A model generated the notes under the pieces. The model was given only the letters and a program-made list of their open reading frames with translations, searched no databases and was not told where the DNA came from. Shown piece by piece: positions 1-10,858 of a stretch of 64,000 nucleotides of DNA. Every line of letters begins with the position of its first letter. The stretch's first letter is position 1. The stretch comes from Magallana gigas. Taxonomy: Eukaryota. A program made the position numbers and the translations under genes. The stretch is from positions 38,688,001 through 38,752,000 of the forward strand of contig NC_088859.1 in assembly GCF_963853765.1 (NCBI RefSeq), in the 5' to 3' direction.

Positions 1-640
1 ATTTCAAGAACTTGGCATAAAAGGCAAGAAAACTTCATTTAATTACCCGACCAAGGTCGTTTTATCAAGGTCAATGTCAACTGACAATATTTGACTCACC
101 CATAATCTTTGGTCTCCCAATAGCAAAGAACGTGTCCAAGAATATTTCAGCGGTAGAATTTTGATTCAAAACTTGTGTATGCAAATTTGTGTCGTGAATG
201 AACAAAGATGGTGTCATCTTACACAAAACCTGACTTTACTTATCTTTACTTTAATGTGACCCTTTTGTATAAGGATAATATAATTACATTATCTGATATA
301 TTTTATATACAAAAATATATATAAAATATATATAAACAAAACACAACAACAACAACAAACACAGAAGATAACACGCTCTATACAAAGATTTATTTACGTT
401 TGTATAAATATTTAATGCGTTGAGGCTTGTGAACATCTGAAAACGGAGTTGATCGAACTGCTGATGAATTAAAAACAGCAAACATTTATATCGTTTGTTG
501 CCATGATGTCCTTCAAATGTAGAAAGACAGATTTTTTTTCTACAAAATGCCTCACACTTATTTAAAGAGTCAAACATTAAATTAGAGCGATTGGATATCA
601 AGTTGAAAGACAGCAGGGATGTCTTTTTCAATGATTGGAT

Positions 641-1101
641 CTAATCAACACCAAGGTTGACGTATTTTTCAAGCCTCTCCATTTCTTTGTGGGCTTTTTC
701 AATCTGTTTCTGAATGCGGGCCTCCTCTCTCTTTTGTTGTGCCAGCATCTGTTTCCTTGCCAAAATCTTTCCTTGATTTTCTGTGAAAAATATGTACATA
801 AAAAACGATAAAGAACAATAACTACGTTTCAATTATGGTATTATCAACATTTGATTTTTATGGTCTTTTCCAATTTACCTCTCCATTTCTCGGGATCCTC
901 TTTTTTGAGTTCCATCAGTCTGCGAGGCGGCATCTTTGGGGCTTCCTCCGACACGAAGGTCAGACCGAATGCTACCCCTCCTTTCTTTTCCGTCACCCCC
1001 TCTGTTACCATCGTACGACGTACCTTATCGTACACTTCTTTCTCCTCTTTCATGACACCGACTTTGTTATTTCTAGCCAAACAACTCTGAAACAACCCCA
1101 T
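641..1101 (-). CDS. Stathmin-like (STMND1-like) small coiled-coil protein, copy 1, 120 aa, 2 exons
   Basis: Exons 1101-879 and 780-641 (GT-AG, phase 1, 98-nt intron) give [120 protein letters not shown]. The GGVAF-x-L-x-F motif, Pro-rich linker and charged helix resemble the stathmin-like domain. Gene model is strong; family call is moderate. Confidence 0.7.
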
Positions 1102-1304
1102 GTTGATTTCTTTGATTTACAGAATGCGTGTTACTACACAATATCAATGATAATGTATAACATTGTGATGTCACAGTATCATGACGTATAGTATGTATGC
1201 AAAGTAAATCTCAACGTCATAATGACTGGCAATTTATGACGTAATCACAGTTGATCAATATAATGTTGTTTGATCATTTTCCGTATAATTATAATTTTAT
1301 TTAA

Positions 1305-2056
1305 GGAGGCCGACTTTAGTTTGCATTGCGCATGTTTTTGCGCATTCTAATATAATACAGTTGATTTATACTTCTTATGAATTTTTTTCGATATCATTTA
1401 TAAAATTGAACACAATAAACAAAATACAGATAAAAATATTTAGATTGTTAAAGGAAATTTTTATTTTTAACATGATTTTTACGTTGTGTGGTAGGGGAGC
1501 ATTGCCGTTGCGCTTTTATGACGTTATGATAAAATGAAGCTTTGTAGAAGTACGTTATAAGAAATAACATAAAAGAAAAAGTAAAAATTGTACGCTGTTG
1601 GAATTTTATATACAGAATGATGCTATCCTCGAGGACATTTTCCTCATTTTTGGAATGAATCCATTATACCAATCATCATTCGTGATGATCCAAATATATA
1701 GCAAAATTTGGTGCATTTTAATATTTTGAGATGGCCCCCACTAAAAACCAGACGGTAGAATTTTGTGTTTTTTACATATAAGGTAGGAAAAGCTATTACT
1801 AATCATATATAACAATTTGAGAAAAAAAGCTATTGAAGTATTTTTTTAAAACTGCTTTGATGTGCGGAAAATGCAGTTTCCTATATATTCCTATAGTGAA
1901 TGTACCTCTATTTTGAGATGGTCCCTAAAAAGAACCAGACGGTCGATTTTCATGAACCTTCGCAAATAAACTAGAGTTGGTTTAAATTACATATGGTTAA
2001 AAAATAAAGAGTTATGCTATTGTAGTTTTTCCGCAAAAAAACCCAAATCGGCCTCC
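1305..2056. mobile_element. Non-autonomous DNA transposon (MITE) with TTAA target-site duplication (Kolobok/piggyBac-type ends)
   Basis: TTAA at 1301-1304 followed by GGAGGCCGA; TCGGCCTCC followed by TTAA at 2057-2060. No ORF inside. Confidence 0.75.
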
Positions 2057-2212
2057 TTAAGGGTTACGTTTACTCAGGGGGAAAAGAATCCACTAATATG
2101 AACAAAAAACTACTTATTGTACATTGCAGCCCAACTATTGGGTTGCTATTTTTCACTTTCAAATGACTAGGTCAATTTGTCCACCGTTTCCAAGGCTTTC
2201 TTTATTTTGTCA

Positions 2213-3062
2213 TTATTATACCCCCCGCAAACAAAGTTTGGGGGGTATATAGGAATCACCTTGTCCGTCCGTCCGTCTGTCCGTCTGTCTGTCTGTCTGT
2301 CTGTCCGTCTGTCTGTGCAATCGTGTCCGGTCCATATCTTTCTTATGGAGAAACATTGGAAGTTCTTACTTCACACAAAGATTGCTTATGGCCTAAGGGT
2401 GTGTCATGACCTTGACCCAAGGTCATTCAGGCAAGGTCAAGGTCACTGGCAGAAAAAGTGCAAAATTTGTTTCCGGTCCATATCTTTCTTATGGAGAAAC
2501 ATAGGAAGTTCTTACTTCACACAAAGATTGCTTATGACCTAAGGGTGTGTCATGACCTTGACCCAAGGTCATTCGGGAAAAGTCAAGGTCACTGGCAGAA
2601 AAAATGCAAAATTCGTGTCCGGTCCATATCTTTCTTATGGAGAAACATAGGAAGTTCTTACTTCACACAAAGATTGCTTATGACCTAAGGGTGTGTCATG
2701 ACCTTGACCCAAGGTCATTCGGGAAAAGTCAAGGTCACTGGCAGAAAAAATGCAAAATTCGTGTCCGGTCCATATCTTTCTTATGGGGAAACATTGGAAG
2801 TTCTTACTTCACACAAAGATTGAGAAAGTTCAAGGTCATTGTTTCAAAAAAGCTGAATTCTGTCTGTGTCATGTCTTGTATTAATGGAAATATTAGAAGC
2901 TTAAAATTAACATTTTTGAAAAATAAAGCAGTTGTTATTTATAGAAAATGGACATTGAAATAGATTCATCCAATATTTTCTATAATAGCAAAAATACAGG
3001 CGTTATGATTTTTTTCTTAGCGGGGGGTATCAATTGTGAGCTTGCTCACAGTACCTCTAGTT
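2213..3062 (+). mobile_element. Helentron-associated non-autonomous element (HINE) with GTCC/GTCT microsatellite and ~146-bp internal tandem repeats
   Basis: 5' subTIR and hairpin TATACCCCCCGCAAACAAAGTTTGGGGGGTATAT; (GTCC/GTCT)n at ~2262-2315; about 3.5 repeats with period 146 (2458 to 2604); 3' subTIR GCGGGGGGTAT (3020-3030) and hairpin TGTGAGCTTGCTCACA (3035-3050); T-rich insertion site. Confidence 0.85.
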
Positions 3063-4395
3063 AGAAATAATAACACAGTTTGTAGGTTGGGAAACAATTA
3101 GTTGAAATATAATAACTTACTATATAAGATATATATAACATCCCCGTAAAAACCTTCAATTGTTTTTTTTCCATGAGATACTCTACATGTTTGTACATTG
3201 CATATATGTGAAAATTCCAAAACAAACTTGTAAAAATTATATACGAGTTGTGTTCTATCAGAAATATAAGCGCCATTTGTTTACTTTTGCAAAAGTTATG
3301 TTTCTTTTTAATATTTTCTTAATCAAATAGTGACCCTTCTCTGGCCCCCAAGGCTACGATTTGACTTATTGTGAAATTTCTATACACTAGCTAATACTAT
3401 AGAATTTCACAGTTATTTTTTCGTTATTTTTACATCGTCATGTAATGTAATGTTAACTTCCTTTATGTTCATTTCACAGATTAAAAGCTTCTCTCTGCTT
3501 CAATTTTCCTCGGGATTTCAATTCTGAATTTCCTAATTATATCCCCTTTAAAGAAGACCAGATCTCTTGTTGTATCAATTTTCAAAGCCTTTTACAACAG
3601 AATGCTTTGCTCCAAGTTTGATTGAAAATAGGCCAAATATTCTAAGAATAGAAAAAATGACCGAGGTAATGAATTAATATATTCCACCTTTGTGTAACGC
3701 TTTCGTTTCCAGGCGAAATCATAAAAAAACCGTTTTTTAACCATAGTTTTTAATGACTTAAAGAATACCTTACTGATTCTGAGGTCAAAGAATCATAGGT
3801 TAAGATCAGAATACCGAATTGTTTCTAATTTTTGTTAGGAGAAAACTACATTTAATTTTTAAGGTTTTTGCAATAAAACTATGAATTGACTCTTCCGAAT
3901 TGAAGGATTTTAAATCATATCATGTAACGATTATAGTGAAGCTAATCTTAAATTCAAAGATTTTGATATTGCTGGCTTTTGGGTCTTGAGAGCAAGATTT
4001 TATATGAATCTAAACTCGATTATCCTCTACCCGATGAACCTATAGTATATAAGGACTTATACTAGTATATAAGTCCTATAGGCTACGAGTAAATTTCAAT
4101 GTTATTTTATCTTGGTTACAATTCCGTTTAAAATCAAGGTTTTTGTTCAAAGAAAGAAAACAATGGCATGCATTCGATACATGTTTGGTTTTTTTTACAA
4201 ACATAATCAAGACGACATGCTCACATTTCATGTTTTTATTCAATGAGATTTAGTCACTCTTGCAAGGATGGTGATATGTTTCTTATTTTTTAGGAAAAGA
4301 GCAACAACAACAAAAATATGTTGAAATTAAAAAAGAAACAAAATGTGAGTACTTTTTAATCAGTTTCTATCAGGACATAGTTATGACAGCATAAT

Positions 4396-5148
4396 TTATT
4401 CTGTAGGAAAGGGAGCTCCACAAAGACTGTACTTGTTGGTCGCAATTAATGTAGAGAACCCCTGTCCGGTGCTGATACATCCACAGCTGTTCACCCGGTC
4501 ATAACAGGGAACCGTCTCTCCCACGGAGTAAATCTTACCTCCGGTCGTACATGTACCTGAAACAAAAGATGACACAAACATACAAAACAAATAGACTTTA
4601 TTTCTTAAATTCTTAAAATAGACCCTACATAAAAGCCAAGTGAAGAGAGAATGGAAGATGACTTTTAAATATTTGTAAAGAGATGTTCTGCAATATGTAC
4701 CTGGACATAAGGGGCAGGGTTCGCCCTCCTGATCGACCTGTTCCTCTCGGGGACAGCTCGCGACCTCACACTCCCAGGTCTTGCAGTAATACAGCCCGTC
4801 TTGGTAATCGTGTACACACTCTGTCTTCTCTGTGGGTCTGTCCTCTTCTTTGGAGTAGACCTTGCAGTCATAGAACGATTTGTCATTTTCAGAACCTTGC
4901 ACTGCCATTGCGTGAAAAACAGAAGTAAAAATTCGTTCTCTATATGTTTTTTATGGCTGTCTGCTAATTCTATACAGTTACTACGACCAATGGTGTAGAC
5001 TTCATGTAGACATCATGTACATTTTCAAAGCAACTTCATGGCATCCAATTCGCACTAAAATTTGACAGATTTAAGTGATATAAACTATTTCAGATTAATG
5101 TTCTGAAATTATCCAGAAGAATTTTAAAACTCTTAATGCATAACTGTT

Positions 5149-5214
<66 letters not shown>

Positions 5215-5356
5215 AATATAGGATTAGATAAAAATTAAAATATATCGCAAATACTGCCTCAGTAAATGATTTTTCAGTATGGTACATACCGGTTACTGGT
5301 ATACTAGTAAACGCCACTAAGCACATCACTAAACCGTAGGCCAGGAAGGCAGTCAT
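4396..5356 (-). CDS. Secreted 12-cysteine protein, VWC/pacifastin-like, copy 1, 142 aa, 3 exons
   Basis: Exons 5356-5290 (signal MTAFLAYGLVMCLVAFTSIPVT), 4901-4701 and 4556-4396, all phase 1 GT-AG. Protein continues VQG/SENDKSFYDCK...CKTWECEVASCPREEQVDQEGEPCPLCPGTCTTGGKIYSVGETVPCYDRVNSCGCISTGQGFSTLIATNKYSLCGAPFPTE*. Confidence 0.8.
5152..5211. repeat. (CT)n microsatellite in intron 1 of the secreted protein gene
   Basis: Pure dinucleotide run. Confidence 0.95.
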
Positions 5357-5488
5357 GTTCTGCAATAAAAAGTGTGAAAAAAACAAGAATGATTCGAAGG
5401 ACAAATGAGTATACAAATGAAATTTATGATAAAATGAAGTTCACAAGTATTATACATACTGAACCTGTCAATATCGGTAACCCAGTTC

Positions 5489-5528
5489 AATGAAATGGAC
5501 GGTTTTCAAGCTGGTTGGACCTTATAAA
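5489..5528 (-). promoter_or_regulatory. Candidate TATA box plus initiator for the secreted 12-Cys gene copy 1
   Basis: Minus strand reads TTTTATAAG (~5530-5522) with TCATT about 30 nt downstream (~5493-5489), then a GTATGT donor (~5459) and an acceptor TTTTATTGCAG three nt before the ATG at 5356. Confidence 0.45.
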
Positions 5529-5743
5529 AGAAGCAGATGTTACGTGTTTGTCATCACTGAATTTTGCCATCATCCGACATATTGTAATGGTCAACCGGTG
5601 GTTTGTTGGATAGTTTAATTACAATGGTAACAGTTTATTTTGACATTACACTGACGACTAATAAATGACCATTATTCATTAAGTATCAGCTGATGTGTGT
5701 CACCTCATAATTAGGAAAATATAAAGAAGATCATGACATTTAA

Positions 5744-6062
5744 GGTTGTATGAAATACCTCCATTATGTGACGTGCATCCTATTGAAACAATAAAATCAG
5801 AAGAATAATTTTATTGTTCTCTCCTGGAAATGTAACTCAACAACCAAGTACAATGGGGTAGAGCGTTAACTATGAATCTTTTAGTCATGATTTCGGATCC
5901 TGCTGGGGTTTTTATACCTTTTCAAAGGTTTTTACCATGCCAAAACTGTATTAAGTACATTTATTTGGTCAAATTTTGTAAAAATTTAAAAATTCAAAAC
6001 GGTGAAAGTATTTTAAATGTAATGTACTACATTCTCATTAAGGTTCAGATTTCGATACCACC
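5744..6062 (+). mobile_element. Degenerate ~320-bp TTAA-type MITE with an internal tRNA-like segment
   Basis: TTAA|GGTTGTATGAAATACCT ... AGATTTCGATACCACC termini; colinear with the element starting at 21665. Confidence 0.6.
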
Positions 6063-7491
6063 AAAACGTTAGGCAATAAATTTTTTTCTTTGTGTTTATT
6101 AATATATTCTAACCTCCTATACTAATAGTAAAAAAATTGTTCTTTTGCAAAATTGTATCATATTGTTAAAAAGGATATTTAAAAGAAAAAATAAAAAAAA
6201 TTGAAAATTGTATTTTACATGTACAATTAAACGAAACCAACGGGTTTGATATTCTTCTTTAATACACAAATATTCCATAGCTAATGTTGGCTATATTGGC
6301 TAAGTGATTAGACACCAGTTTCGGTTTGAGTGATATAAAAAGCGGATATCATTTACCTTTTCTGTCAGAGGTTTCATAGAATATTCCTCCTGTCTGACGT
6401 TTGACTAAAAGTTAACAGGTCGTGGGTTCTATCCCCAGTCCAACTATTAATTTTCGTTTAATTATAATTACTAATTCCAACCTTCATACTACGACAGAAC
6501 TGACAGTTAATGAGCGTCCAAGAAACATTAATGGCATACTAATATAATATGCTAATATGTTAGTATAGGCGTCTTATTTTACGTGTGAGCACGTTTGTCA
6601 CGAATGTACAAAGCCTAGATCGACCTTGCAGTACCATTGTACCCAGTTTGTTGACCTATGTCCGCTGTACAAAAAAATGGGAGAAAACATGCAACTGTGA
6701 ACAGATATTAACTGTTTAGTCTATAATTTATCCATACTGAGAACTGTCCTTTGCAAAACAATATAGAACTGGATTTTGTCTGAGTTTCTGGAGATCGTTT
6801 AAAATTGTATGAAATACATGTACATGTATATATTACCATAAGCCGGACGGTAATATTCAACCGTTTCATCACACAATGCTTTTATATGGTGTCAAGTGCC
6901 ACGATGTTTCTTTTAAAAAATCATAAGATTAATCTCTTTCTAGTTGTTGGGTGTAAAGTTAGATAATTAAGTTTGAAATCTCTTTTAATAGTACTGAGTG
7001 GTAAATCTCTTTATGGGTAAATCTAGGATGATGGCGATGTCCCCAAAACCTTATTGCACGTGGCAATGTAAATGTACTAATACTTGTATTCTGCTTTGCA
7101 TTTTTGCTGAACCAAGCTACTTCTAAATCGAGTACATTACCATTTACCCTACATGATCTCAAAAAGAATTTCTCACTCTCCCAAAACTAAGCGAGCGTGA
7201 TTTCAGATTGATGAAAACGCTTTTACCAATTACTAACAATGAACATACACTAAATATACACGTCTTTTTCTGCAATTAAAAACAAAGTATTTATAAAATA
7301 AGAAACAAATTCATCCAATTTTAAATTTATTAGTTATTTCTTCGTCACATTGATTAAAAATTTCATGACGACAAAGAAAGTGTAAATTTAACGGTCTTCG
7401 ATAAACGTTTTATGTCCCACGCACGTAAAGTTCAATCATTATCCTTAAACTCCACAGCTTTGGACAATTTCAGACAGTGTTAGAGTGGCAT

Positions 7492-7946
7492 CTAATCAGC
7501 ACCAAGGTTGACGTATTTTTCGAGCCTTTCCATTTCTTTGTGGGCTTTTTCAATCTGTTTCTGAATGCGGGCCTCGTCTCTCTTTTGTTGTGCCAGCATC
7601 TGTTTCCTTGCCAAAGTCTTTCCTTGATTTTCTGTGGAAAAAATACCAGTTTATCAACAATCACGTTTTGATTAAATGTTATCAAAAATTTGGTTACGAT
7701 AATAGTTGTCTGCTCCAGCTTACCTCTCCATTTCTCAGGATCCTCTTTTTTGAGTTCCATCAGTCTGCGAGGCGGCATCTTTGGGGCTTCCTCCGACACA
7801 AAGGTCAGACCGAATGCTACCCCTCCTTTCTTTTCAGTGACCCCCTCTGTTACCATTGTACGACATACCTTATCGTATACTTCTCTCTCTTCCTTCATGA
7901 CACCGACTTTGTTATTTCTAGCCAGACAACTCTGAAACAATCCCAT
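7492..7946 (-). CDS. Stathmin-like protein, copy 2, 120 aa, 2 exons
   Basis: Exons 7946-7724 and 7631-7492 (92-nt GT-AG intron). Same exon sizes (223+140) as copy 1; ends KYVNLGAD*. Confidence 0.7.
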
Positions 7947-7980
7947 GTTGATCAATAACCTGTTTCTAAGAACGAATGGC

Positions 7981-8040
7981 ATTGTGACGTCACAATCTAA
8001 TTGACGAAACATTCCTTCTACATCAAGACGACGTCATAAC
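7981..8040. promoter_or_regulatory. CRE-like (TGACGTCA) cluster upstream of stathmin-like copy 2
   Basis: Perfect 16-bp palindrome ATTGTGACGTCACAAT (7981-7996) plus TTGACG and ACGTCA half-sites; conserved upstream of copy 3. Confidence 0.55.
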
Positions 8041-10608
8041 GTAATCAAAATCAAGTAGAAACTTCAACATCGACGTAAACACAAAATTACACAGGTACCT
8101 TTCACAAACTTACTCATAGTAAGAACAATTTTAGATAATATGTTTTACGGTGTGACCGTTAGGGCGAGCGCAGAAGGAACCACACATCTGTCATCATTGT
8201 TAAATGCAACCCGTTGACTTGCCCTAACAAAAAAACTTGGGCTTTGCATAATGTTTGAAAACTTTACCGCCGCAAGGAACCCAAAGTTTTTAAACTTTTA
8301 TTCCAATGGTCCCTTCCTTAAGGCTTATACACTTAAACAAACTACCATGCACTGAGCATTAATAAAATGTTAAACAGACTTATTAAAATATTTAGATAAA
8401 CACAAAGCCGTTTGGTTTTTTTATGTAAATACAATTAAGTTTTTACCATTCCTTTACCTTTTTAATAATGATCATTAAAATCAGTAAACATTAAAGTGTG
8501 TGTCTGTGTTATTTCTCATTTTGTACCTTTTTGAAATCTGTGTTTTTGTTTTTAATCTTTTTAATTTTTGTACGCTATATAAGCGTTGTAGACATGTGCC
8601 CTCACCCTTTTTTAGTGTGTGTTATCCAATTTTATTTAAAGGTTTGACCACATATGCAACTATAACGAATACATGTAGATATTTTAACAGTTTAATTTTT
8701 TTCTTTTATTTATTCATTACAAAATGACATGGCTGCACGTAGATCTAATAATGATTGGACTTTTCTTTTTTTTTTCTTTTTTAATAATATTTTTTTCACC
8801 TACCTAACGTATGCATATATGTTTGGATCAATATGACAGTAAATTTAGCATGGAACTTGCATGTGTATTTACTGACCAAAAAAAATCATCAAAACTAATC
8901 AGCCAAAGAGTCACCGTTAACACTGATATTGAGTACTTTCTATACGTTACATCCAGTACAGATGCTTGATTTACCTCTAAATTTATTGCTGGAAATTATA
9001 TAGCCCGAGATCATTGTTATGTCATACTTAACTTTTGCGCTCGACAGTTTTCGTAAATTGTCGGGCAAATTCGGGGAAGGAAATGACGTCATATGTCAGC
9101 AAAAGTTCAGATAGGTACAGTTTTTTTACGTAAGCATATGTGTTTTTAAAAGGATTTTTTAATTGTTAAATGAAAATGATGTATGCGATTTACAGGTAAG
9201 AATTTTCCGTAGAAACGCTTCCTGTTCCACCATGTTGCTATGCACCGCAAAGGATTATTGGGATATGTAGAACTTTTTCACGTGGCCTCATAAAAATTTC
9301 TTTGAACAATGTGCAGATTTCAACTCGAATTTTCTCCGTTCGTACACGTTGTCTATGGAGCTCGCTTCGCGAGCGCTGCGCTCGCTATAAAATAGTAAAA
9401 CATGTATTGCTATGCAAACAATATTAATACCGATGTATGATATCTTTAATTTCAAATTATGAGAAAAAAATCGCCTTGTAAAACTGCCGTGTAAATTACC
9501 GTGGGTTTCAGGATAGTAGTGGGCAGTGTTTTCTAATTATATCCACTGCAGTCCAATATGACGTTTTCATTAAAAAAAAGTATAAATTACGTGTGCATGT
9601 TGTGGTTTTTTTTTTATGTTTTAAACTGTTGATATGGTTTATAAAATTCACTGCTTTTGCTTACTGGCCGTGGACCAACTTGCTGATATTTCCGTTCTTG
9701 TTAATAATTTATTTCATGTCCAACTTTTTTCCTTCGCACTTTTGTGAGTGAATTATCTCCGATCGCGTTTTTTAAAATGCTTAAGCATACATCCATAAAC
9801 ATATCGATGCATTGTTTTAACGCCAGAATAAAGTCGTAATTTTTTTTCAATATTACAAATATCAATGATAAGAACGCTTCAGTTAGTTGCCAGTAAGCTT
9901 ATATTTGCGAGACCTCGCACCAGGATTCGATATAATTTCAAAAGATGTAAAATGAATTAATGCAATTTTGATGTCTCTGTTAATACTTAGTGTCATCAGA
10001 GATGGTTTCTTTGTACACACATATATCTTCATATAATAAAGCACCATCTTCACATGAAATAACCACAGCATAATATAATAAAGCACCATCTACATATAAA
10101 ATAGCCACATAAGGCAGCTATGGCGTTCCATACACATAACTTTAAAAAAAACATGTGGTACATGTTTCGGATTTTTTGTTCGTTTTTTTAAAATGTAAGA
10201 TGTAAGAAAAAAAGTTTTGTTTTTGTTTTTTGTTTTTTGACCTTTTTATTGGTGTACATGCATTAATATTTTAGAAACAAAAACAAAACAAAAACTTGTT
10301 GTTCAAGATAAAATCTTTATTTTAATTTTTTGACATTCAGTTGCCATTGATTGATCTTTACGACAAAAAGTAGGCTTAAACAAAATAAAAATACACACTG
10401 CTGATTCAAGATTAACAGAACAAAATTCGTTGTTTTTTAATGTCTTTTATATTTATCAATTCGTTGACTTTAACAATAACTTCATTAAATCGTTGAATCT
10501 GTTTTTATGAGACACTAAATATAATTATGAAATTATCAAATAGATTCCAAATGCGTAACTTTCAATATAAGGTACAAATAGTAGAGGAGAATGTTTCAAA
10601 ATATATTC

Positions 10609-10800
10609 TGTAAACAAATTTTTATTCGCGACGACTTTATTTCGCGAGACACCCTAGAAAATTTAGTTCGCGACGACTTATTTTGACAATCAAGCATATT
10701 ATCCAATTGTGCGATATTAAAGCAATGCGGCAAGGACAAGCTGGCGACGAGAAATATTCGCGATGGTGAAGCTCTCACCGCAAAAATTGTTTACACGTGA
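10609..10800. mobile_element. Short MITE-like element (CTGTAAAC...GTTTACA ends, TTCGCGA internal repeats)
   Basis: Imperfect terminal inverted repeats and repeated TTCGCGA motifs. A related degenerate copy lies at ~19105-19230. Confidence 0.4.
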
Positions 10801-10858
10801 ATAAATATTTTATTCATACATAGTTTCGATGAATTATAAACCATATATTCTGCTTTTA

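Noticed and set aside
835-1191. Antisense ORFs over the stathmin-like copies (also 7590-7958 and 14895-15303)
   Set aside because: Shadow frames of the purine-rich coding strand; their lengths are not conserved among the copies.
2177-2963. Overlapping ORFs with repeated peptides (MEKHRKFLLHTKIAY...)
   Set aside because: By-products of the 146-bp tandem repeat within a HINE.
4396-4908. Single 170-aa unspliced ORF starting at MAVQG
   Set aside because: The ATG lies in the acceptor region (ATGGCAG|TG), and 4700-4557 is an intron that happens to be open (144 nt). The paralogue has the same boundaries with a 2.2-kb intron.
5090-5416. 108-aa ORF with an (RE)n tract
   Set aside because: Only 5356-5290 is a real exon; the RE run is an intronic (CT)n microsatellite.
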